In this document: piece after piece, positions 48,669 to 56,286 of the stretch
How positions within the stretch are numbered: the first letter of the stretch is position 1
Layout: each line of letters begins with the position of its first letter
From: an uncultured Bacteroidales bacterium
GTDB taxonomy: Bacteria; Bacteroidota; Bacteroidia; Bacteroidales; JAGOPY01
Length of the DNA: 64,000 nt
Direction of reading: 5' to 3'
Assembly (NCBI GenBank): GCA_964371595.1
Contig: CAYJNJ010000003.1
Coordinates: forward strand, 21,094 to 85,093
Position numbers and translations under genes: made by a program
Notes under the pieces: model-generated
What the model was told of the DNA's origin: nothing
Databases searched by the model: none
What the model saw: the letters and a program-made list of their open reading frames with translations, nothing else

Positions 48669-49376
48669 TTACGATCCCCAGCTTTCACGGTCAAGGCTCC
48701 GGTACTGGATAGCCTCGGCCAGGTGTTCGGTGAGGATTGGACTGCTGCCGTCAAGATCAGCTATGGTACGGGAAACTTTCAGGATACGGTTGTAGGCCCT
48801 GGCGGATAAATTGATCCTTTCCATGGCATTCTTCAGCAGGATGTGTCCTTCTTCCCCGATCGCACAGATGGCATGCAGCTTTTTAGAAGGGATCTGCGCA
48901 TTGCAATGGACGCCATGGCTACCTTTAAAGCGCTGTTCCTGGATTTTCCTTGCCCTGATCACCCTCTCCCTGATCGTGCCGCTGCTTTCCGAACTATTGA
49001 AATTGGTCAGCTCCCTGAACGGTACCGGGATCACTTCGACATGAAGATCGATACGGTCCATAAGCGGGCCTGAGATCTTGTTCAGGTATTTCTGGACTAT
49101 TCCGGCAGAGCAGGCGCAATCCTGTGTGGGATGGTTGTAATAGCCGCAGGGACAGGGATTCATCGCTGCTACCAGCATGAAATTGGCCGGGAACTCTATC
49201 GCCGACCGGGCCCTGCTGATCGTGATCACGCGCTCTTCCATCGGCTGGCGCAATACCTCCAAAACTGAGCGCTTAAACTCCGGCAGTTCATCCAGGAACA
49301 GCACCCCGTTCTGCGCCAGCGATATCTCGCCGGGCTGCGGAAAGGACCCGCCGCCCACCAGGCCTGCATCAGTGAT
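48669..49376 (-). pseudogene. comM: 3' fragment of comM/yifB (Mg-chelatase-like AAA+ competence protein) truncated by prophage insertion
   Basis: GEISLAQNGVLFLDELPEF (Walker B), AAMNPCPCGY and a C-terminal Mg-chelatase-C-like tail. Similarity continues upstream to ITDAGLVGGGS, then is lost at about 49,377. The Walker A half is absent. Confidence 0.75.
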
Positions 49377-49399
49377 AAATATATTTGTTGTGGTAGGAT

Positions 49400-49654
49400 T
49401 TATGTTTTAGCAATGCGCCAGATCCTAACTACTTTTTCATCTCTACGGATAGTGAAAGCGAAATCTGGGTTATTCTTTGAAAATGTCTTTGAAGCTTGGT
49501 GAAGGGAAGAATATACACTTTTTGAATTATCACCTTTAGCTAGCCTAATAGAGAAACTATTACCAATTTTCATTTTGATAAATGGATATATGGATTCTTT
49601 ACCATTTGTCCTATTAGGAATAGGAATATTTTCTTCCATCTTAAATTTTTTCAT
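49400..49654 (-). CDS. Small conserved phage protein (IPxP...YPF...RIWR motif family), paralogue of 49983..50255
   Basis: NIPIPNRTNGKESIYPFIKMKIGNSFSI...VRIWRI aligns with the 90-aa ORF on the other strand. Confidence 0.5.
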   Translation of the reverse strand: MKKFKMEENIPIPNRTNGKESIYPFIKMKIGNSFSIRLAKGDNSKSVYSSLHQASKTFSKNNPDFAFTIRRDEKVVRIWRIAKT

Positions 49655-49752
49655 AATAAAAATTTTTAAATTTTATGATAAATGTATAAATAATTTTTTT
49701 ATTCCAATATATAGTAGTAATTTTATATGTATAAACTTTAAATATAAAAGAT

Positions 49753-49938
49753 ATGAAAAATGACATTAAACAATTAAAAACAAATTATTTGAAAATGAAA
49801 ACCGAAAAGGTTCTACCTTTAATAAAAAATTTACAAGAAGCGGAAAGAATCGCCTTAAAAATATATAAAGCGGAACTAAATTTTTCTAAATTAAAAGAAG
49901 TTGATTTTATATTAAGGTATTGTAAAAATGCAGCCTAA
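49753..49938 (+). CDS. Hypothetical small protein
   Basis: ORF only; coiled-coil-like K/E-rich sequence. Confidence 0.25.
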   Translation: MKNDIKQLKTNYLKMKTEKVLPLIKNLQEAERIALKIYKAELNFSKLKEVDFILRYCKNAA

Positions 49939-49949
49939 TAAAACATTGT

Positions 49950-49957
49950 TATATTTG
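49950..49957 (+). promoter_or_regulatory. Host-type -7 box TATATTTG inside the prophage, upstream of 49983
   Basis: Matches TAnnTTTG, 26 nt before the ATG. Confidence 0.35.
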
Positions 49958-49982
49958 CTTTTAAACTTTAACACTTATTAAT

Positions 49983-50255
49983 ATGAAAGATTCAAAACCA
50001 ATTAAAATTGAAAAGAATATTCCTTTACCTGGGAAAGTATCCAGTAAGGAAAGTAAGTATCCGTTTAGTAAAATGGAAATAAATGATAGTTTTGCCATAC
50101 CTTATTCAAAGGGTGGTTATGCTTCCCTTTATCAGGCAGTTAGAAAGTTTTCTAAAGAAAACACCGCTTATCAGTTTACTATTAGAAAAAACATCGAAGA
50201 AAATTGGATTAGGATTTGGAGAATTAAAGTTAAGCCAACTCCTGAAAAGAAATAA
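49983..50255 (+). CDS. Small conserved phage protein (IPxP...YPF...RIWR motif family)
   Basis: NIPLPGKVSSKESKYPFSKMEINDSFAI...IRIWRI. Paralogue of 49400..49654. Confidence 0.5.
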   Translation: MKDSKPIKIEKNIPLPGKVSSKESKYPFSKMEINDSFAIPYSKGGYASLYQAVRKFSKENTAYQFTIRKNIEENWIRIWRIKVKPTPEKK

Positions 50256-50308
50256 TTTCAAGTTCTGTTTATGTGGAGGTTGTTAAATAAACTTAAACTA
50301 TTAAAATT

Positions 50309-50548
50309 ATGAATTTGAAATTAATAATGGAAAAGGTTAAAAGAGACCTTGAAAAGAAAACTTGTCATGTTCATAAAAAACATGGTAAATTTAAAATAAC
50401 TGGAACTTCTGAAAAACCAAATATAGGAGTAGAAACTTGTTGTGATGAGTTTTTAGAACAGATTAAAAAAGATACTGGTTTCCTTTTAAAAAAAGAAGTT
50501 GAGAAGGAATTAGAGAAGGATATTAAAAACATCTTTAAGAAGTTATAA
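50309..50548 (+). CDS. Hypothetical protein
   Basis: 79-aa K/E-rich ORF in a compact same-strand gene series. Confidence 0.3.
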   Translation: MNLKLIMEKVKRDLEKKTCHVHKKHGKFKITGTSEKPNIGVETCCDEFLEQIKKDTGFLLKKEVEKELEKDIKNIFKKL

Positions 50549-50616
50549 ACTGATAGATATATCTTTTGAGGGTTTAGGTTCAATCTAAAACGATTTAATA
50601 AATAAAATCCAATAAA

Positions 50617-50805
50617 ATGATTGTAGCAACAGTAAAAACTAATGAGTTTGATCAACTTAGAGAGTTGATTGAAGATGCCATTATGGATTATAAAAATGAT
50701 ATGGGATTGAATCTTAAACACATATGTTATTCATCACATAAAAAATCAAGAATTTTTGGTGAGCCAGAAGAGGATGTTTATAGTGTTGTAATGATTTTTG
50801 AATAA
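50617..50805 (+). CDS. Small alpha/beta protein (Cse60/DUF4177-sized), paralogue of 54248..54442
   Basis: MIVATVKTNEF...LKHICYSSH...VYSVVMIFE aligns with MITVAAIKSENF...LKQITHSSH...IYTAMVIFE. Confidence 0.45.
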   Translation: MIVATVKTNEFDQLRELIEDAIMDYKNDMGLNLKHICYSSHKKSRIFGEPEEDVYSVVMIFE

Positions 50806-50864
50806 TTAATTTTCTTGGAATTCTAAACTACGCTTACTACATTTACGCCATAAACTTTAAAATT

Positions 50865-51473
50865 ATGGCTAAAATTAAAATTCCCAACGCGGAAGTTCAA
50901 AATTTACTCTCTGGAAAATCTATTCAGTATCCAAAGTACGCTACTCAGATTGTTAATCTAGCAAATCAAAACGCTCAAGGAACCAGACCAAAAATAGTTG
51001 GTCAATTATCTGACTTAATACAGCAGTTTGAAGGTAAGAATTTAGGTGAATGGGAGGAGTGGTATTTAGATCTACAACCAACTGCTATCGATGATGCAAC
51101 AGAAAAGATTTATAAAATGGTGGAGTTGTTGAAAGAAAGCATTGAAAAGATTGATAAGCAGATTGTTAAAAATTGGGTTGAAGATTTGGTTATAACTAAA
51201 ACATTTACTGGCCTTAAGTTTCAAGAAGCGATTTTAAAAAAGATAGCGGAAAAGAATAATACAACTTATAGACTATCAACTCCAATAGAAGAAAGTCAAG
51301 GAATTGATGGATATATCGGGGATAAGCCAGTAAGTATTAAGCCAATTACATATAAGGCAAAACTCGGATTGAATGAAAGTATTAAAATACCGATGATTTA
51401 TTACGATAAGAAGAAAACCGAGATTGTTGTTGAATATGATTTTGAGTTCAGAACAACTTTGTTTGATCAATAG
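50865..51473 (+). CDS. Type II restriction endonuclease, MjaI-like (tentative)
   Basis: YPKYATQIVNLANQNAQGTRPKIVGQLSDLI...WVEDLVITKTFTGLKFQEAILKKIA...IDGYIGDKPVSIKP resembles my memory of the Pfam RE_MjaI family. Convergent with a DNA methyltransferase, with a 26-nt 3' overlap. Confidence 0.5.
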   Translation: MAKIKIPNAEVQNLLSGKSIQYPKYATQIVNLANQNAQGTRPKIVGQLSDLIQQFEGKNLGEWEEWYLDLQPTAIDDATEKIYKMVELLKESIEKIDKQIVKNWVEDLVITKTFTGLKFQEAILKKIAEKNNTTYRLSTPIEESQGIDGYIGDKPVSIKPITYKAKLGLNESIKIPMIYYDKKKTEIVVEYDFEFRTTLFDQ

Positions 51474-52521
51474 TAGGTGATTCAATTAAAGGATCTTCAT
51501 AATAATCGACTTCGAAAGAATTATCTTTTCTAATGATTGTTTTTACGTAATTAATCAGTAATTCCTTTTCTTGATTAGTTATAACTGGAAACTTATAGTT
51601 TTGATTTATATGTTTAACAGCTTCTTTTGTAGATATATAACTTATATGATTCAATAATCTGGATTGGACTATTAAATTTAGATTGTGAATTAAATTAGAA
51701 GAATTCAATTGATCTGAAATATTATCCATTAAATGTGTATCAATATCAACGCCAATACTATTTCTTCCAGTTAATATTGCAGCTAATGAAGTTGTGCCTG
51801 TTCCTACGAATGGATCTAAAACAACATCTCCTTTTACAGAATACATATTTATTAATCTATAAGGCAACTCAAATGGGAATGCAGCACTACGCTCTCTACT
51901 ATTTTTATTATTTAAGACTTGTTTAACGCCTTTAAAATCCCAAACATCAGAAAACCAGATGTTTCTTTCTTCCCAAAAGAAAGAGCTTTCTCTTCTAAGT
52001 TGTTTATCGGCTTCACTTTTAAACTCCCTCTTGCTTCCTTTCCTGAAAATCAAAATGTGTTCATGTTCCAATGTCACATATGCACCAGCTGGCAACATTC
52101 CAGACCCCATGAATTTATTTGGACTATTGGTTTGTTTCCGCCAAATTATATTAGGTAGGTTGTTTAATCCTCTTTTCCTAAAATGATTAATGATTCTTGA
52201 ATGATTTGGATATAAGTAGAAATCATTGTTAATAGTTCTTGTGGCATCTCCAATATTAATACATATAAAAGATCCATCTTTAACTATCCTTATCATTTCA
52301 TCCCAAACTTTATCAAGCTCCTGGTGCATCAGTTCAAAAGCCTCATAACCTCTATTACTAGTTAATGATTTGGATATTTCTTGGTTCTGTTGTCCCATGA
52401 TATCATCCCACATTTCAATCATTGGGTATGGCGGTGATGTTATGATAAGATTAACAGATCCATCTAAAATGGACTTAATATCCTTAGAATTAATGAAATA
52501 GAATTTATGGGTGGTCAGCAT
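51448..52521 (-). CDS. Beta-class N4/N6 DNA methyltransferase (SPPY; probably m4C)
   Basis: Motif IV is LIITSPPYP near the N-terminus and motif I is LDPFVGTGTT near the C-terminus (PF01555-type order). Confidence 0.8.
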   Translation of the reverse strand: MLTTHKFYFINSKDIKSILDGSVNLIITSPPYPMIEMWDDIMGQQNQEISKSLTSNRGYEAFELMHQELDKVWDEMIRIVKDGSFICINIGDATRTINNDFYLYPNHSRIINHFRKRGLNNLPNIIWRKQTNSPNKFMGSGMLPAGAYVTLEHEHILIFRKGSKREFKSEADKQLRRESSFFWEERNIWFSDVWDFKGVKQVLNNKNSRERSAAFPFELPYRLINMYSVKGDVVLDPFVGTGTTSLAAILTGRNSIGVDIDTHLMDNISDQLNSSNLIHNLNLIVQSRLLNHISYISTKEAVKHINQNYKFPVITNQEKELLINYVKTIIRKDNSFEVDYYEDPLIESPTIDQTKLF

Positions 52522-52536
52522 ATAATAAGTTTAGGG

Positions 52537-52544
52537 CAAATATA
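52537..52544 (-). promoter_or_regulatory. Host-type -7 box TATATTTG (minus strand) upstream of the methyltransferase
   Basis: Reverse complement of CAAATATA, 16 nt before the start at 52521. Confidence 0.35.
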
Positions 52545-52638
52545 ACGATACGAATAGGATTGTGACTGTAAGCGTAAATATTTATTACCTATCTGGTTAA
52601 TATTTTTTATAACTTTCGCCTTATAAAATATAATCCTA

Positions 52639-53082
52639 ATGAGAACAATAGAAATAATTTATAGCATTATAACAATCTTGAGCTTAATAGGTGGAATACT
52701 AGCCTGGATTGCTAAATTGAAATGGAGTAAGGAATATAAGGAAGCTAAAGAAGCTCAAATTGAAGCTTTGAAACAACAGGTCCAAACATTTAAAGATTTC
52801 ACTTCTGATAAAGTAAAGGAGATATTTTTAGCTACTAAGGAAATACTTGAAATTAGGATAAAAGAACTTGAAGCAGAACTGATTAAGATTGAAACTGAGA
52901 AAAATAATGAAAAATTAGAGAGGGAAAGAATTGTAAGAAATTTAGAAGAAAAGTTAGCTAAAAATTCAATAGAATTAAATTATAAATTAGAACAGGAACT
53001 CAGTAAAATTATAAAATACTTTAAAGATGAAGATGAGAACATAGATGGTCCAAAAGGAATTGAACCTTCTGGAAAATTATAA
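52639..53082 (+). CDS. Single-pass membrane protein with long coiled coil (unknown function)
   Basis: N-terminal TM IIYSIITILSLIGGILAWIA, then heptad-like K/E/L sequence. Confidence 0.45.
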   Translation: MRTIEIIYSIITILSLIGGILAWIAKLKWSKEYKEAKEAQIEALKQQVQTFKDFTSDKVKEIFLATKEILEIRIKELEAELIKIETEKNNEKLERERIVRNLEEKLAKNSIELNYKLEQELSKIIKYFKDEDENIDGPKGIEPSGKL

Positions 53083-53121
53083 TAAAGAGATTATAGAATT
53101 TAGTTTAAGAATAATTTTATC

Positions 53122-53802
53122 ATGAAAAGAGTTAAACATATATATAAATCCACATACGAGTTTAGTGTAAAAGTTTGGACCATTTATAAGTGGAAGATTT
53201 ACACTGGGTTAATATGGGTCTTATTTTTTACTGGTATCTATCTTATTTATTACCTGTTCATAGATAGAAAAATAGTGAAGGAAGAAACTGATAAAATAAC
53301 TTTTCTAATTAGTTCATTTGGCGCTCTATTCGGTATACTTCAGCTCTTACTTAATTTTATATCAAATAAACTAACCTTCATTAAGAAATTAAGATATGAA
53401 GAATATGTAAAACTTAAAGAAGTTGTTGATGAGTTTAGTAATTATGTGATGGAGGATTTAGGGAATATAGAGAAATCGGGATATTTAAAAGGGAAAATTT
53501 ATAATAGTTGTCGTGAGTTCAAAGCAAGAATAGATACAGCTAATAAGTATGTTTTTCCTAATATAGCATCCCATCACACAGCCAGAAAAGTCGAACAAAA
53601 TTTACTATTAATATTACATGAAACAATGGGGTTTGATATTGAAAAGAATGACTTAGTAAGTGGAGAAGATGGGAAAGTGATAGATAGAAATCAATTATTA
53701 GTTTTAATTACTAATTGGGTTAATAATACCAGGCCATACATGGAAGAACTAAAAAAGGATAAAATAATTTTCTTTGAATACCTACAAAAGTTTATTTTTT
53801 AG
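53122..53802 (+). CDS. Two-TM membrane protein with cytoplasmic helical domain (unknown function)
   Basis: The TM segments are IYTGLIWVLFFTGIYLIYYLF and ITFLISSFGALFGILQLLLNFI. No family recognised. Confidence 0.45.
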   Translation: MKRVKHIYKSTYEFSVKVWTIYKWKIYTGLIWVLFFTGIYLIYYLFIDRKIVKEETDKITFLISSFGALFGILQLLLNFISNKLTFIKKLRYEEYVKLKEVVDEFSNYVMEDLGNIEKSGYLKGKIYNSCREFKARIDTANKYVFPNIASHHTARKVEQNLLLILHETMGFDIEKNDLVSGEDGKVIDRNQLLVLITNWVNNTRPYMEELKKDKIIFFEYLQKFIF

Positions 53803-53809
53803 CTAAGGG

Positions 53810-54133
53810 TTAGGTATGTAAACTCTCCCAACTTTCCCTTAAAGCGTCTGCTCTTGCTCTCATCCTATCTGCCCTTTGTTCATGACTAGCACAAACCATT
53901 TCAAGTTCTTCCTCGTTTTGGATAACCCAATATCCATCTACCCACATTTTGCTACCAATTAAACATTCATGATCTAAAATCATATCCTTAATAAGAAATC
54001 TAACATGCTCATTTGTGGCTCCACCACTTTCTAAACCACAGGCATCTCTAATAACACCTGATGTTTTTCTATTTTCAAATCCAAGGGCATGGACCGAAAG
54101 ATAATCCGAAATTCTTTGCTGTTCATCATTCAT
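53810..54133 (-). CDS. Hypothetical protein, compositionally atypical (more GC-rich than neighbours)
   Basis: 107-aa ORF with a possible winged-helix-like core and R/A-rich C-terminal helix (RADRMRARADALRESW). Confidence 0.4.
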   Translation of the reverse strand: MNDEQQRISDYLSVHALGFENRKTSGVIRDACGLESGGATNEHVRFLIKDMILDHECLIGSKMWVDGYWVIQNEEELEMVCASHEQRADRMRARADALRESWESLHT

Positions 54134-54247
54134 AATAAAAATATTTAGACGTAAAAATAGAACATAAATTATTAAAAATCAATAAACAGTAGTAAAATTC
54201 AAATAATTTATTATATTTTTACATCTAAATCAATAAAAATTAAAATT

Positions 54248-54442
54248 ATGATTACAGTTGCTGCTATTAAATCAGAAAATTTCCTTCATCTTACTCAGGA
54301 GGCTGAAAGAATAATTAATGAGAACGCCGCTAATGGATGGACGTTAAAACAAATTACTCATTCTTCGCATTTTCAAACATTTATAGATGAGGGCGCTCGT
54401 GAAATTTATACAGCTATGGTCATCTTTGAAAAAATGAAGTAA
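54248..54442 (+). CDS. Small alpha/beta protein, paralogue of 50617..50805
   Basis: See 50617..50805; roughly one third identical by eye over the full length. Confidence 0.45.
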   Translation: MITVAAIKSENFLHLTQEAERIINENAANGWTLKQITHSSHFQTFIDEGAREIYTAMVIFEKMK

Positions 54443-54461
54443 GCTTCATATATAAATTTAA

Positions 54462-54803
54462 TTGGACATCGACCTAATGAAAATGGTTATTGAAATTAGG
54501 AGTACTGACAGTGAAGATTGTATTGGTGGATATTACCAATCCACTCTCCATACGATTGAAGCATTTAGGATTGTAGAGCGGGCCAGCTGGTTTAATATTC
54601 AAGATGTTATATTTGATAGGATCTATTATGATAACGGGGATATTGTAATAATTATATTTTATCAGCTTTATTATAAACGAAAGGGATGGAATATTCGAAG
54701 GGCAGAACATTTGGGTAACGGGATCATTAATTTTTTACCAATTCAAGAACTTTTTGAAAAAGACCTCGATAATATAACATTAAATGTATATGAAGAACTA
54801 TAA
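54462..54803 (+). CDS. Hypothetical protein
   Basis: ORF only. The track start is TTG; ATG at 54477 is more likely. Confidence 0.3.
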   Translation: MDIDLMKMVIEIRSTDSEDCIGGYYQSTLHTIEAFRIVERASWFNIQDVIFDRIYYDNGDIVIIIFYQLYYKRKGWNIRRAEHLGNGIINFLPIQELFEKDLDNITLNVYEEL

Positions 54804-55002
54804 TTATAAACTCACATTTGGCGAAAAGGAATTTTATTTTAAATCACCTGAAGAAATGATTCACGTATATAATAAAAGGATAAAGATTGAACTAAATGAG
54901 AATGAATTAAAAAATATGAAATGTTATGTTGTTTATTATAATAAAGGGGTTGAAGAACTAACTGAATCCGATTATTTTGTAGTTGAACATTTATATTCTT
55001 AA
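54784..55002 (+). CDS. Hypothetical protein
   Basis: 72-aa ORF overlapping the previous ORF's end. Confidence 0.3.
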   Translation: MYMKNYNYKLTFGEKEFYFKSPEEMIHVYNKRIKIELNENELKNMKCYVVYYNKGVEELTESDYFVVEHLYS

Positions 55003-55160
55003 TCTAAATAAATAGCCTTCCTGGTTAACTCACCTATAGTTATATCATCGAAATCTAACATATTTAATAGGATTTGGTGTTCCCTTTTATTTAAGTTATG
55101 TTGTTTAACTAAATTTTCAATATGTTCAGTTAGTTCTTCAATCTCTTGTTGTGTTTTCAT
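54999..55160 (-). CDS. Hypothetical 53-aa protein (not in the ORF track)
   Basis: My translation is MKTQQEIEELTEHIENLVKQHNLNKREHQILLNMLDFDDITIGELTRKAIYLD. Last gene of the leftward operon, with a weak resemblance to the first helices of a LuxR/sigma region-4 HTH. Confidence 0.3.
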   Translation of the reverse strand: MKTQQEIEELTEHIENLVKQHNLNKREHQILLNMLDFDDITIGELTRKAIYLD

Positions 55161-55183
55161 ATTTATTTATTATTTTTTTAGAT

Positions 55184-55540
55184 TTATATCAATTCATTAA
55201 TTGATATAAATTCTAATTTCACTCCTTTTTTTCTTCCAATTAATTCATTAAATCCAAAAGCTGAGCCTCGTTTGAATAATTCTGATATATAAGGTAATGC
55301 TTTTATATATTTTTTTTCATCAAACTTTCGCCAATTTTTAAACATACTTTCCACTCCTTGTTGATAACAATCGTCTCTATAATCATTATCATAATAAAAA
55401 AAGTTATACATGAAATTAGTTGCTATCTTTAAAAACATATCTTCAGCTTTTTTAGTTAACATTCCTTTACCTTTTGAAAGTATAATTTCATATACTAATT
55501 CTGTATCATTAACATATAATTTTGGATTTTTTAATTTCAT
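55184..55540 (-). CDS. Sigma-70 region-2-like phage protein
   Basis: AEDMFLKIATNFMYNFFYYDNDYRDDCYQQGVESMFKNWRKFDEKKYIKALPYISELFKRG parallels the sigma region 2 pattern (..DL.QEG...L.KA..KFD....F.TYA...I...). Confidence 0.4.
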   Translation of the reverse strand: MKLKNPKLYVNDTELVYEIILSKGKGMLTKKAEDMFLKIATNFMYNFFYYDNDYRDDCYQQGVESMFKNWRKFDEKKYIKALPYISELFKRGSAFGFNELIGRKKGVKLEFISINELI

Positions 55541-55995
55541 TTCATTATTTTTATTTTTAATTTAATTGAGTATTCTGAATTATCAGCTTTAATACTACCA
55601 TCGAAAAATTCATTATTTAATGTGTTTATTTTTAATGTTGAGTTTAGTATAATTTGATATGGAAATCCAAATTTTGATAATTGAAAAAATAGGTTTTGAT
55701 TATTATATGTTCCACTATTAACTACTGGATCGTAATATGTTCCAATATTAAGTGCGGGTATAATAATACTAATAAAATTATCACTTAATGTGTCTTCTAT
55801 ATATATTTCACAATAATCACCATTAAAATTAAACCTATATGTAAATGAATTTAAATCTAAAGTATCACATATATTTTCACAATAATATAGCTTATTATCA
55901 TTTAAATAATTAGTATTAAAACTATCATCAGTTTCTTTCTGGCAACTAAATAAACCTATAATAAGCGTTAAAAAAATAATTTTAAGTGTTTTCAT
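55537..55995 (-). CDS. Phage-encoded lipoprotein
   Basis: Signal peptide plus lipobox (LIIGLFSC). Confidence 0.5.
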   Translation of the reverse strand: MKTLKIIFLTLIIGLFSCQKETDDSFNTNYLNDNKLYYCENICDTLDLNSFTYRFNFNGDYCEIYIEDTLSDNFISIIIPALNIGTYYDPVVNSGTYNNQNLFFQLSKFGFPYQIILNSTLKINTLNNEFFDGSIKADNSEYSIKLKIKIMK

Positions 55996-56058
55996 TGTTT
56001 TATTTATTTTTAATTAATTGATTATCGCTAATTTAACGATGTTTTATGAATAAAAAAA

Positions 56059-56274
56059 TTATTCGTCATTATAATTATAAAATTCAATATCATTTGGATC
56101 TACATCTTCATCTAAATCAAATTCACTAAAATCCTCATCAACATCATAAACATCCGTTAGATCTACTGTTGATAAATAATCTCTTACTATACAACAATCT
56201 TCATATTTTTCGGATTGTATTAATTGGTTTAAAAAACATTCCCATATTTCCCTTTTTTTAAGTATCATTTCCAT
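56059..56274 (-). CDS. Small protein with strongly acidic C-terminal half
   Basis: DLTDVYDVDEDFSEFDLDEDVDPNDIEFYNYNDE. Confidence 0.35.
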   Translation of the reverse strand: MEMILKKREIWECFLNQLIQSEKYEDCCIVRDYLSTVDLTDVYDVDEDFSEFDLDEDVDPNDIEFYNYNDE

Positions 56275-56286
56275 AGTGATTATTTT

